Of a stretch of DNA of 64,000 nt, positions 9,226-18,473 are shown piece after piece (positions within the stretch are counted from its first letter, which is position 1; every line of letters begins with the position of its first letter). The stretch lies in assembly GCA_963809895.1 (NCBI GenBank), contig CAWELD010000003.1, positions 2,624,001 to 2,688,000 on the forward strand, read 5' to 3'. The notes below the pieces were generated by a model. It was not told where the DNA came from. It saw nothing but the letters and a program-made list of their open reading frames with translations, and ran no database searches. A program made the translations under genes and the position numbers. This DNA comes from an uncultured Gemmatimonadales bacterium. GTDB lineage: Bacteria > Gemmatimonadota > Gemmatimonadetes > Longimicrobiales > Gaopeijiaceae.

Positions 9226-11073
9226 GTGAGTGCCCATCGTTCTCCCAAGGGCCTCACCAGGCTCGCCGTCGGCCTGCTGGCGCTCCTGCCGGCCGGTGTC
9301 GCCCCTCTATGCGCCCAGAGCATTCAGGGGGTGGTGCTGGACTCCATCACGGGCGCACCCGTCCAGCAGGCGGCGGTGGCGTACGAGGGCGCAGTCGGCA
9401 TGGTGAGCGTCACCACCGATGCAGAGGGCCGTTTCGAGCTGACGCTGGATGGCGACCCGCCCTGGACGCTCGAGGTCCAGGCGCTGGGCTATCAGCCACG
9501 CACGGTCTCCGTCGGGTCGGAGACCGTTTCACACGAGCTCCGGATCCCACTCAGCGGCGCGCCCTTCGAGCTCGAGGGTGTGACGGCCGGAGCGGCGCGG
9601 GAAGAGCCGAATTTCAAGTTCGGCGCATACTGGGTGACGAATAGCGGGTTGGTGTGGCCGGGGCGCGGTAGAGAGCACTGCGTGTTCCTGATGATCGACA
9701 GCGTCGTGGTCAAGGACTACCATCTCCTCGACCGCGATGTGATTCGCCGCTATGAACGCGCGAACCTCTGGGCCGGCTCGCCGTCAGCGTACGGTGCCCG
9801 CCTGGGGCTCGACCGGAAGTACATCGCGGATCCGCGCCTGAGGCACGATGCCTGGCCCTGCGGGGTGTACAAGGTGCTCAAACACCGATTCTGGGACCGA
9901 CTCCGCGCTCTGCCCGACCCCGCCATCCCCGAAGGGCAGCCGGTCGCTCTCGTGGAGGCGTCGACCGTCTCGTTGCCCCCGCTGCCGGAGTGTCCGGAAG
10001 CGGTAGCGGTGTCCAAACGGGGCGAGGTGGCAGCGGTGTCGGGTGACGAGTCGCAGGTCGAGGTGCTGGACCCGGACGGGCACCCGCGCCGCTCGATCCC
10101 CACGGACCGACGCCCGGACGCCGCGCCGTGCAGCATACGCGTAGGGTGGCGGAGCGACACGCTCTGGGTGTCCGACGCGTCGCGGACGCGACTGAGCCTC
10201 GTGCCGCCGACCGGCCCGCCGGTAGTGCGGGAGGCCATGGGCGCGCCGGCGGACCCGCCGTGGGTCGTGCCCGATCGGCCGCTGCCGTCGTCGCCCCTGG
10301 CCATGGACCTTCCGGTGCCGGTTCCCGTGGCGGGTGGGCGGTGGCTGTGGACCTATCCGGCGCCGGATCCGCCGACGCCGCCGCTCCCGCCGGAGGATCC
10401 CCCGGGGCGGATCCTCATGGTGCTGAACGACGAGTGGGCGTTGGACCACGTCCTGGAGGTGCTGCGTCCGGGCGCGGCACCGGTGGACGTGGTGCTGGGT
10501 TCGCAGCCGGTGCTCGGCACGCAGCCCTTCGGCGACCACCCACTCTACCAGGTGTCGCCGGACGGGACGCATGTGACCATCGTGCAGCGGGAGCACCAGA
10601 TGGCGGCCTGGATGACGGTCTACCGGGTGACCCGGATCGGCCTCGACGGAGACACGCTGTTCCACACGGAGCGGCGAGCGATGATGGTGCGGATGACGGA
10701 CGAGGCCTTCGACAGCACGGTGGCGGAGCTGGCGCGACGTCCGGGAGCGGTCGCCGCCTTTCCGGGCCCGGCAGAGGGTCGGGAGACGCTCCTGCAAGAG
10801 ATGGTGTACCGGCCGCCGTTCCACCCGGCGATCACGGCCCTCATGGTGGGCTACGACGGCACGACCTGGCTGCGGTGGCCGGACGCACGCACGGGACGTG
10901 TGCGCTGGGAGGTGCTGGACGGGCACGGCGAGGCCCTGCGCACGTTGGAGGCCGACCGGCGGCTGACGCTGATCGCGGCCGACGGGGACCAGGTCTGGGG
11001 CCGGCTGCCGGACGATGACGGCAGGGGCGTGCGCCTGGTGCGCTTCCGCGTCGGGCCGGCTGAGGGAGGCTGA
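9226..11073 (+). CDS. Secreted carboxypeptidase-regulatory-like + plug-like + beta-propeller protein (copy 2)
   Basis: Near-identical to 3436-5298, especially in the 3' half. Confidence 0.75.
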   Translation: MSAHRSPKGLTRLAVGLLALLPAGVAPLCAQSIQGVVLDSITGAPVQQAAVAYEGAVGMVSVTTDAEGRFELTLDGDPPWTLEVQALGYQPRTVSVGSETVSHELRIPLSGAPFELEGVTAGAAREEPNFKFGAYWVTNSGLVWPGRGREHCVFLMIDSVVVKDYHLLDRDVIRRYERANLWAGSPSAYGARLGLDRKYIADPRLRHDAWPCGVYKVLKHRFWDRLRALPDPAIPEGQPVALVEASTVSLPPLPECPEAVAVSKRGEVAAVSGDESQVEVLDPDGHPRRSIPTDRRPDAAPCSIRVGWRSDTLWVSDASRTRLSLVPPTGPPVVREAMGAPADPPWVVPDRPLPSSPLAMDLPVPVPVAGGRWLWTYPAPDPPTPPLPPEDPPGRILMVLNDEWALDHVLEVLRPGAAPVDVVLGSQPVLGTQPFGDHPLYQVSPDGTHVTIVQREHQMAAWMTVYRVTRIGLDGDTLFHTERRAMMVRMTDEAFDSTVAELARRPGAVAAFPGPAEGRETLLQEMVYRPPFHPAITALMVGYDGTTWLRWPDARTGRVRWEVLDGHGEALRTLEADRRLTLIAADGDQVWGRLPDDDGRGVRLVRFRVGPAEGG

Positions 11074-11076
11074 CCC

Positions 11077-12279
11077 GTGCTCCGATCTGGAACGGCCCCG
11101 ATGGTCGCTGCGTGGCTCGTGCTCCCGGCCGTGCTCCCGTCGCCTGCGTCAGCGGCCACGCAGGACACCGTCGTCGTCGAGGCCGCCGGGTCACCAGCCT
11201 GGGGATCCGCCCCTCGCCTCGTGGAGGAGGTTCGGCTCGGCGCACTTCAGGGTGCCGACGAGGAGATGTTCGGCTCGGTAGGCTCGATCGCCGTCACGCC
11301 TGGCGGGAACGTCGTCATCGCGGACATCCAGGTGCCGGTGTTGCGGCTCTATTCGCCCGAAGGCGTGTACCTGGGCGACGCCGGCCGCAAGGGCGAAGGG
11401 CCTGGTGAGTACCAGACCCTGCTCGGCGTCCGCCCGCACCCGGGGGGGTTCGCCGTGTGGGATCCGGCCAACGCACGGGTCTCGGTCTTCGACGAGGCCG
11501 GAGCGTTCCTTCGCTCCTTCCGGGTGGCCAGCGGTCTCCACACCGGAGATGCCTTTCAGGTCGACACCACCGGGACCTTCTACGTGAAGGGCAATGCCGA
11601 AGCTGGCCCCGCCGACGCATCGGGGGGTGGAAGTTCCGGTGTGTCGTGGCTCGTCCTCGACGCCGAGGGAGAGATACGCGGCGCCATTCCCGTGCCCGCG
11701 GAGAGTCCCGAAGGACCGGCTTTCGCTCTTTCCGCCCGTGAAGGGCAGTTGCGTCCCTTTACGGTCCGCACCGAGGCGACCATCAGCCCCCATGGCTACC
11801 GCGTCGCGGCTCGCAACGACGTCTATGCCCTCCTGCGACCGATGCGAGACGGACGGATGCTGAGAATCGAGCGTCCGTATCGGGCGATCCCGGTGGCTGG
11901 GGAGGAGCGGAAGCAGTGGGAGCGCTGGGTGGAGTTCTTCAGCAGGATGTCCGGACGGCGGTTTGGTGAGGTACCCGAGTGGAAGCCGGCCTTCCACGAT
12001 TTCTTCGTGGACGACGACGGCCGCTATTGGGTGCGCCGATACGTGGCGGCCGCCGAGGGACCCGACCGGATGCATCCGTCGCCGGACCGTCCGCCGTTCA
12101 CCTGGCGTGAGCCCACCACGTACGACGTGATCGAAGCTGATGGACGGTTCCTGGGGACCCTGGTCCTGCCCCCGGACACCCGTCCCCGGGTCAGCCGCGG
12201 CCTCCAGCTCTGGGCCACGGCTGCAGGAGAGCTCGACGAGACGTACGTCGTGCGCTTCCGCATCGAACCAGGTCCCTGA
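11077..12279 (+). CDS. 6-bladed beta-propeller protein (secreted)
   Basis: LVEEVRLG..MFGSV..GRKGEGPGEYQ, DDDGRYWVRR, YDVIEADGRFLG, YVVRFRIE; start GTG 11077 or ATG 11101. Confidence 0.8.
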   Translation: MLRSGTAPMVAAWLVLPAVLPSPASAATQDTVVVEAAGSPAWGSAPRLVEEVRLGALQGADEEMFGSVGSIAVTPGGNVVIADIQVPVLRLYSPEGVYLGDAGRKGEGPGEYQTLLGVRPHPGGFAVWDPANARVSVFDEAGAFLRSFRVASGLHTGDAFQVDTTGTFYVKGNAEAGPADASGGGSSGVSWLVLDAEGEIRGAIPVPAESPEGPAFALSAREGQLRPFTVRTEATISPHGYRVAARNDVYALLRPMRDGRMLRIERPYRAIPVAGEERKQWERWVEFFSRMSGRRFGEVPEWKPAFHDFFVDDDGRYWVRRYVAAAEGPDRMHPSPDRPPFTWREPTTYDVIEADGRFLGTLVLPPDTRPRVSRGLQLWATAAGELDETYVVRFRIEPGP

Positions 12280-12303
12280 CCCGCGAAGACGAAAGGAGGG
12301 AAT

Positions 12304-12331
12304 GCGCCGCCGAGGCACGGTGCGGCGGGGC
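12304..12331 (+). repeat. 28-bp direct repeat, right copy
   Basis: Identical to 3317-3344. Confidence 0.92.
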
Positions 12332-12384
12332 CTTCGGGACCGTATCCTACCGGTGCGCCCGCCTCTCTCACGCCAGGACGTGCC

Positions 12385-14556
12385 ATGATCCGCCGCATGC
12401 CCACCGCCCTGACCCTCTCCCTGCTCCTGGCGATCGCGCCGGCTTGCCTGTCCGCCCAGGCCGCGCCCCGCCAGACCTCCGCCGACGGCTACACGCGCTA
12501 CGAGCTCCAGGAGCCCGGCTCCGGTGCCTTCCACATCCTGTACGACATCACCGCCACCACGCCGGGCGCCACGGTCTACCTGAACGGGATCCGCGAGGGC
12601 GCCGACGAGGTCGTGCACGCGGTCACGGATCCCGCCACGGGGCAGCCGCTGGAGTGGCAGGTGGTGGATGCGGACGTGGCGCGCACCCAGGGAATCCCCC
12701 GGGCCGCCGACGGCTCCCGCTACATCCAGGTGACGCTGCCCCGGCCCGTGGCCACCGGGGGCGAGGCACGGGTCCACATCGACAAGACCTACGTGGACCG
12801 CGAGAGCTACTTCACCGACGGCTCGGAGATCGTCTTCGACCGCACGCTGGGCGTGCCCCGGAACACGGTGGTGCTCCCGGCGGGCTACGAGCTGGTGTCG
12901 GTGAACGTACCGTCACAGGTGGACACCGAGGCCGACGGCCGCATCCGGGTGAGCTTCCTGAACTCGTCGGGTCTGTCGCTCCGCTACCTGGTGCGGGCCC
13001 GGCCCCTGCCCCCGGCCGCCGCCCGCGCGCTGGCCGCCAACGCCGTGCCGGAGAGGCCGGCGCCGGAGCGGCCGGTCTCCGCGCCGGACGAGGGCGGAGG
13101 CTACGACGGCAGCTACGCCAGGACCGATCGCACCTTCGACGAGCGGGCGGCGCTCAGCCGGGAAATCGTCTACTACCTGGAGCAGCCCGAGTCCCACGCC
13201 TTCACCCTCTATCACGACTACACCGAGAGCCGCCCCGGTCAGGACCGCTACGTCAACGTGGTGCGCGCCGGGAGCGCCGCCGCCGACCCCCGGGCCTACC
13301 TGCTGGATACCGGCGAGGAGCTGGCGGTGGAGACGCTCGAGGGCGACGAGGTCGTGGCCGCCGGCGTCATGCGGCCCGATCAGGTGGACGCCTCCACCGA
13401 GGTGGTGCTCATCCACTACCCCGAGGTGACGGAAGGCACCACGGCCCGGCTGCGCATCCACGAGACCTACACCGACCCGGGCCGCTACCTCCGGGTTGGC
13501 GACGAGCTGGTGTGGGACCGCAACTTCGGGCGCTCCATGAACCAGGTGGTGCTGCCCCAGGGCTGGTACCTCACGGCCAGCGACATCCCCGCCACCGTGG
13601 ACGCCCTGGACGACGGCCGCGTGCGGCTGACCTTCTGGAACGGCGGGCCTCAGGGCATCCAGGTGTTCCTGCGCGCGCGCGCCCGGCGCCCCCCGGTGGC
13701 CACCTCGCTCTCGGGCGAGAAGCTCTACCCGCGCCCCGACCCCGATCCCGCCGCGCTGGCACGGGTGGACAGCGCGCTGCTGGCGACTCCCGGTGACGTG
13801 GACGCCCTCATCGCAGCCGCCCGCGAGCGTCGGAACAGCTTCCGCTACGACGAGGCCATCCTCCTGTACACGCGCGCGCTCCAGATCGCGCCGGAGGATT
13901 GGCGCCCGTGGCGCTTCCGCGGCCACCGCTTCCTGTCGACCCGGCGCTTCGAAGATGCCGCCCGGGACCTGGAGCGGGCCCGGGAGCTGGCGCCCTACAA
14001 CTTCGACGTGGCCTACCACCTGGGGCTGGCCTACTACCTGCTGGGGCGCTTCGGCCAGGCCGTCGACGCCTATCAGCGTTGCCTGGACCTGGCCGCCGAC
14101 CCCGACGCCCGGGCCCGCGAGGACTCGGAGGCGCTGGCCGGACAGCAGACCTGCATGGCCATCGCCCACGACGACGAGGCCAAGGTGGCCATCACCGAAT
14201 GGACCTACCGGGCGCTCCGGCGGGCGGGCCGCCGTGACGACGCCATGGACCTCCTGGACGACATCACGCCGGACATGCAGGTCACGGAGAACACCGCCTA
14301 CCACGAGGCACTGCTGGCGCACAAGGGCGTGCGCTCTGCCGAGGACCTCGTCGTTCCGGAGCCGCCGGAAGGGCGCTTCGAGACCCGGGCCTACGGGCCG
14401 GCGCTGGACGAGCTCCTGGACGGCGACAGCGAGCGGGCGCTGCTCCTGCTCCGGCGCATCGCCGCCGACCCCAACTGGCCGGGCTTCGGCCGGCTGGCGG
14501 CGGAAGCGGATCTGGCCCGGGGAACGTTGGGCGGAGGCGGTTCGGGGCCCCGGTGA
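12385..14556 (+). CDS. Secreted protein with internally duplicated N-terminal domain and C-terminal TPR repeats
   Basis: Signal peptide; two related beta domains (FDRTLG..NTVVLPAGY..DGRIRVSFLN and WDRNFG..NQVVLPQGW..DGRVRLTFWN); TPR helices (YHLGLAYYLLGRFGQAVDAYQRC). Confidence 0.75.
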   Translation: MIRRMPTALTLSLLLAIAPACLSAQAAPRQTSADGYTRYELQEPGSGAFHILYDITATTPGATVYLNGIREGADEVVHAVTDPATGQPLEWQVVDADVARTQGIPRAADGSRYIQVTLPRPVATGGEARVHIDKTYVDRESYFTDGSEIVFDRTLGVPRNTVVLPAGYELVSVNVPSQVDTEADGRIRVSFLNSSGLSLRYLVRARPLPPAAARALAANAVPERPAPERPVSAPDEGGGYDGSYARTDRTFDERAALSREIVYYLEQPESHAFTLYHDYTESRPGQDRYVNVVRAGSAAADPRAYLLDTGEELAVETLEGDEVVAAGVMRPDQVDASTEVVLIHYPEVTEGTTARLRIHETYTDPGRYLRVGDELVWDRNFGRSMNQVVLPQGWYLTASDIPATVDALDDGRVRLTFWNGGPQGIQVFLRARARRPPVATSLSGEKLYPRPDPDPAALARVDSALLATPGDVDALIAAARERRNSFRYDEAILLYTRALQIAPEDWRPWRFRGHRFLSTRRFEDAARDLERARELAPYNFDVAYHLGLAYYLLGRFGQAVDAYQRCLDLAADPDARAREDSEALAGQQTCMAIAHDDEAKVAITEWTYRALRRAGRRDDAMDLLDDITPDMQVTENTAYHEALLAHKGVRSAEDLVVPEPPEGRFETRAYGPALDELLDGDSERALLLLRRIAADPNWPGFGRLAAEADLARGTLGGGGSGPR

Positions 14557-14591
14557 ACGAGGCGATTCACGGGGGCAGGCCCATCTCCCCT

Positions 14592-14993
14592 CTACCCGGA
14601 CGACGGCCGGGCGTCGCTCACATCAGTCCGGGAAAAATCGTCACCCACGAAGAGGAGCGGCTCTCCCGCCAGCGCCGCCACAGCGTAGGTCATGCAGTCG
14701 CCGAAGTTCAGCGAGGCCGGATGCCGCCCCTTCCCGTACCGGCGATAGGCATCCACGGCTTCTCTCCAGTGGAGCTCGCCAAAGGGGATCTCCTGCATCC
14801 CCACCTCGTCGAGGAACCGCTCGAGGAGGCCCCGCGCCGACGGGCCGAGGCGGGCCTCGAGGACGATGCCCGTCTCGGCGAGCGTCGGCGCACCGACGGC
14901 TGGACCGGGATCGTCCAGCAGGCACTTCAGGATCTCCTCGTACCCCTCCTCCCGGAAGAGCACGGACAGCAGTGCCGAGCTGTCGACGATCAC
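14592..14993 (-). CDS. vapC: Type II TA toxin, PIN-domain VapC
   Basis: GTG start; IVDSSALL, YGKGRHPASLNFGDC, LLFVGDDFSRTD; overlaps the vapB stop. Confidence 0.93.
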   Translation of the reverse strand: MIVDSSALLSVLFREEGYEEILKCLLDDPGPAVGAPTLAETGIVLEARLGPSARGLLERFLDEVGMQEIPFGELHWREAVDAYRRYGKGRHPASLNFGDCMTYAVAALAGEPLLFVGDDFSRTDVSDARPSSG

Positions 14994-15262
14994 GCGCCCT
15001 CCGGACCGTAGCCCAGGATGGCCTCCCGCTCGCTCTTGGCCGGAGGCCGGCCCAACTGGTCGGCGGGAACGACCGCCCAGACTTCCCCTTCGAGGAACCG
15101 CTGGACGCGACGCGCCCGGGCGTCTGCGGTGACTCTCATGCGGAGCCGAGCCCGTCGCTCCAGAAGCGCGACCCGGACCGCCTCGGTCTTGGACTCCCCG
15201 GTGACGGCTGCGACCTCGTCCACCAGGCGCTCCACCTCGGGGTTCTTGATATTCAGTGCCAT
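14990..15262 (-). CDS. vapB: Type II TA antitoxin VapB (Rv0623-like)
   Basis: MALNIKNPEVERL..TGESKTEAVRVAL..ILGYGPEG; directly upstream of vapC. Confidence 0.9.
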   Translation of the reverse strand: MALNIKNPEVERLVDEVAAVTGESKTEAVRVALLERRARLRMRVTADARARRVQRFLEGEVWAVVPADQLGRPPAKSEREAILGYGPEGA

Positions 15263-15268
15263 GGTGGA

Positions 15269-15297
15269 AAAATGGTGTATCTCCACCATTCATGCAA
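15269..15297 (-). promoter_or_regulatory. vapBC promoter/operator: TTGCAT-N17-CATTTT with the inverted repeat AATGGTG-N6-CACCATT
   Basis: Palindrome at 15271-15290 overlapping a putative sigma70 promoter just upstream of the vapB ATG, the usual autoregulatory layout. Confidence 0.6.
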
Positions 15298-15307
15298 CCG
15301 AGGTGGA

Positions 15308-16570
15308 CTACCCAAAGGACAGGGCAAGGGCGAGATCATCGTGGTCGAATGCTGAAGACATGAGGTCGATGTCAGCGCCTCGGATGCCCAGGCGCTCGGC
15401 GCGTTCCGCCCATTGTTCCGTTACGTGAGCGACCTGAACTGCCGTAGCGCGCGCTTCGTCTTCGGACAGGTCGAAGTATTCGCCAACCTCCAGGGCGAGC
15501 CGCAGCGAGGCGCTCGTGTCATTCGGGTCTTCTCCTATCGCCGTCGAGAGGAACCGAGGCTTCACTTCAACCGGAACTGGATTCAGATCATAGGCTGGTG
15601 AAAGCGTCCACCCGCCACGGCCGGCATAAAGGAATCCGTGATTTCTCAGGTGGTCATCGGTGTTCGATACCAGGATGTTGAACACCATCCGTCTCCAAAG
15701 CTCTGACAGATCCGCCCTCGCCTGCGCGCCAAACCGGCGGATGACTTCAGCGATCTCCAGGTAACTGCGGGGCTCTCGGTCTACCCCGTCCAATAGACTC
15801 ATCGCTGAAAGAAAGGGGATTCGCCGCTCGCCATCTCGGTCAAATCGGGTGAGGAGAACGATGTCCTGATCCTCTATGGACAGGAGAGCTGACTCCGCCA
15901 CCCTGATTCCGGCATCCTGTGCCATGGTGAGAGCGAGATGTTCCCAGGCTCCGACGGAGTAGAGATCATCCTTCTTCGGGAACTTTGCGATGGAGAGATG
16001 TCCCTCACGGTCCTTGACCGAAGCCTTGGGACGGGCTCCCCCCAACGATGACCCTGGCGCCAAGAGGATTCGCAGATCCTCCTCGTTGTCAGGGTCGTCC
16101 AGGAATCCTTGCGCGGCCGCCAGCAGTTTGGGGAGATCCACCACTGGCGGGACTGCGGCCTCGGAGGATTCCGCCAAGAACACCTCGCGATCAATACGGG
16201 AGAACCGTAGGGCCCCCTGCCTGGCCACGTCAGAGACACCGAGGACGTAGTCGATCTCCCGGAGGTGCCTCGGGGCACGATCCTCCCGCCTCGCCCATGA
16301 GCGTTCGGCTCGTGCCATGAGAGTCTTGCCCCATCGGTCGGGTGCAGAATCGGCGATCGCCCCGAACAGCCTCTCCTTGTGAAATGGACCGGGCGAAACG
16401 AGTGGCAGGAGCGGGTCTACGGCGAAGGCATCCTTCTTCTCCAGCCAAGCATCCGCGTATTGGAAGGTGGCGCCGAAGGTACCTCTGCGGCTTTCCCTGA
16501 TCCAAAGGTGCCCGACCAGGTAGGTGACCCCGTCGAGTTCCGTGTGGACGAGCGCGTCCGGGGCGCTCAC
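15308..16570 (-). CDS. hipA: HipA-family Ser/Thr kinase toxin
   Basis: DSAPDRWG, GSSLGGARPKAS, IAKFPK, RFDR, VSNTDDHLRNHGFL, LSPAYDLNP; GTGA overlap with the upstream HTH gene. Confidence 0.93.
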   Translation of the reverse strand: MSAPDALVHTELDGVTYLVGHLWIRESRRGTFGATFQYADAWLEKKDAFAVDPLLPLVSPGPFHKERLFGAIADSAPDRWGKTLMARAERSWARREDRAPRHLREIDYVLGVSDVARQGALRFSRIDREVFLAESSEAAVPPVVDLPKLLAAAQGFLDDPDNEEDLRILLAPGSSLGGARPKASVKDREGHLSIAKFPKKDDLYSVGAWEHLALTMAQDAGIRVAESALLSIEDQDIVLLTRFDRDGERRIPFLSAMSLLDGVDREPRSYLEIAEVIRRFGAQARADLSELWRRMVFNILVSNTDDHLRNHGFLYAGRGGWTLSPAYDLNPVPVEVKPRFLSTAIGEDPNDTSASLRLALEVGEYFDLSEDEARATAVQVAHVTEQWAERAERLGIRGADIDLMSSAFDHDDLALALSFG

Positions 16571-16917
16571 GATGGATCGTCCGACGACGACGCATTGGTG
16601 GAACGCTGTGGCCATCGGATCCGCTCAGGCAGTTCTTCCGCCTCCAGGCTGAGGCCGAGTTCGTCGGTTGATGCATCGACGATCTCACCGATCCGATGGG
16701 ACAAATCCAGCACAAACAGAACAGCCGCATAGAATCCGATAGCCGTGCCAGGATCTCCCTTCTCGACCCTGGCTAGAGTCGTCGGCGACATCAGCGCCCG
16801 TTCAGCCATCACCCGCACGGGGATCTTGCGCCGTTTTCGGGCATCGCGGATGTCTGCACCAAGCTTCTGCAGTGCTCTCTTGACCTTGATCGGTAGATTC
16901 GGCTTTCGGCTACTCAT
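16567..16917 (-). CDS. XRE-family HTH antitoxin (HipB-like)
   Basis: LGADIRDARKRR..MAERALMSPTTLARVEKGDPG; upstream of hipA. Confidence 0.85.
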   Translation of the reverse strand: MSSRKPNLPIKVKRALQKLGADIRDARKRRKIPVRVMAERALMSPTTLARVEKGDPGTAIGFYAAVLFVLDLSHRIGEIVDASTDELGLSLEAEELPERIRWPQRSTNASSSDDPS

Positions 16918-16932
16918 CGTTTAGTGTCCGCT

Positions 16933-16989
16933 ATAGTGGTACTTATAGGCGTTAGATACCATCATAGTGGTACGTAGCGACCCATGCAA
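16933..16989 (-). promoter_or_regulatory. hipBA sigma70 promoter TTGCAT-N17-TATGAT with repeated operator-like boxes ATAGTGGTAC
   Basis: -35 at 16984-16989, -10 at 16961-16966; ATAGTGGTAC at 16933-16942 and 16964-16973, 31 bp apart. Confidence 0.72.
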
Positions 16990-17024
16990 CAGCGGGCTCG
17001 CCCACGGGCGGTGGGCCTGAGCCC

Positions 17025-17054
17025 TTGCGCTTCGAGCGCGGGGGGGGGGAGCTT
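17025..17054 (+). promoter_or_regulatory. Putative promoter TTGCGC-N18-GAGCTT with G10 tract in the spacer
   Basis: G run 17040-17049; same layout as 18403-18433. Confidence 0.5.
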
Positions 17055-17126
17055 ACAAGCATCGGCCGTCCTCCACGGCTTGAAGGAGCCGCAATGGTCG
17101 CAGGTCACCTTCAGATCGGTCCAGCG

Positions 17127-18234
17127 ATGACCTTCCGCTCGGTCTGGCGCCGGCTCTCGGGCTTCGGTCGGGGAGCAATCCTCGCGAGCCTGATGGGCCT
17201 GGCCGCGGCCCGACCGAGCCTCGCCCAGACCGTCCCCGTTCGCGGCATCGTCTTCGACCCCGCCAGGCGCTCGGCGCTACCCAACGTCCCCGTGGCTCTC
17301 GTCACCGCCGCCGGATCGGACACGGTGGCGCTGGTCGCGTCCGACCACGTGGGGATCTTCCACTTCGAGGCGGCACCGGGACGCTACCGGATCGTCGCCA
17401 GCAAGCCGGGCTATCGGGCCTCCGACGGGATCACGCTCACCCTCCCGGCTGCCAACGCCGGCGGGCTGCTGCTTCCGCTGGAGCCGCTGGACGCACTCGC
17501 CATCGAGACCCGGCGCGAGGGCGACGCCGGCCCGGGGGGCGGGCCCGCCCGCGTGCTGGCCCACATCGTCGACGCCGAGACCGGCCGCGGAGTGGAGGGC
17601 GCCGAGGTGGCCATCGCCGCTCCCGCCGACACGGCGCGTGGGATCTCCGACGTCAACGGCTACGTGGCGCTGGACGAGGTGCCGCCGCTGGCCGAATCGC
17701 TCACCGTCCGGCACCTGGCGTACGGCGACGAGAGCACTCCGCTGCTGCTGGCGGCCGGAAGCAGCTACCGCATGGAGCTCACGCTACGACCGCGGGCGCT
17801 GGAACTCGAGGGCATCACCGCCACCAGCCGGGCCGAGTTCAACCGCCTGAAGGGGCTCCGCGTGCGCATGGCCCGCGGCCTTGGTGGACACTTCATGCTG
17901 GCCGAGGAGCTGGAGGCAAGGAGCTACCCGCCCCTGAATACCGCGCTCTACTCCCTGCCCTCGGTCAACGTGCGGAAATTCAGCACCAGGGATCAGTTCA
18001 ACGAGCGCGTCTTCATCCGGGGGTGCAAGGCCTCGATCTTCATCGACGGCGTGGAGGTCTTCAATCCGTGCGGATGACGTCTCGGGCAGCCCGCCAAAGC
18101 TCGCGGAGTTTCTGCACATTCCCACCATCGGCATCGAGGCGATCGAGGTCTACTCCGGCGCCGCCTCGCTCCCTCCGGAGTTCAATACCATCGGCACCCG
18201 ATGCGCCCTGGTGATCTGGACCAAGCGGGGCTGA
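17127..18234 (+). CDS. Secreted protein: two carboxypeptidase-regulatory-like domains + barrel-less TonB-receptor plug-like domain (copy A; apparent +1 frameshift at ~18071)
   Basis: Signal peptide ..SLAQ; restoring the frame gives IEAIEVYSGAASLPPEF..RCALVIWTKRG*; near-identical to 21142-22250. Confidence 0.72.
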
Positions 18235-18248
18235 GGGCGCTCGCCGCC

Positions 18249-18342
18249 CCCCCGTCAGCGTCTCGCCGCCTGCGCGACCTCCCGGTCGCTGAGCGCCCGC
18301 ACCTCGACCCGGGCGGTCCCGGGACCCACCACCCCGAGCTGG
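18249..18342 (-). repeat. 94-bp copy of the rlpA 3' end
   Basis: Identical to 23375-23468 (last ~28 codons and stop of rlpA). Confidence 0.93.
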
Positions 18343-18402
18343 GGAGCCGATGCCACAAACGCCCGCCACTGCCTCCCCCTGTGCCATGTAGCTCCCAAGC
18401 CA

Positions 18403-18433
18403 TTGCGGATGCGAGGCGGGGGGGGGGTAGCTT
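18403..18433 (+). promoter_or_regulatory. Putative promoter TTGCGG-N19-TAGCTT with G10 tract in the spacer
   Basis: G run 18418-18427; upstream of the AraC-like gene. Confidence 0.55.
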
Positions 18434-18473
18434 ATGAGCATCACGGACCGCTCCATGGACCGGAGGAAGCGCT

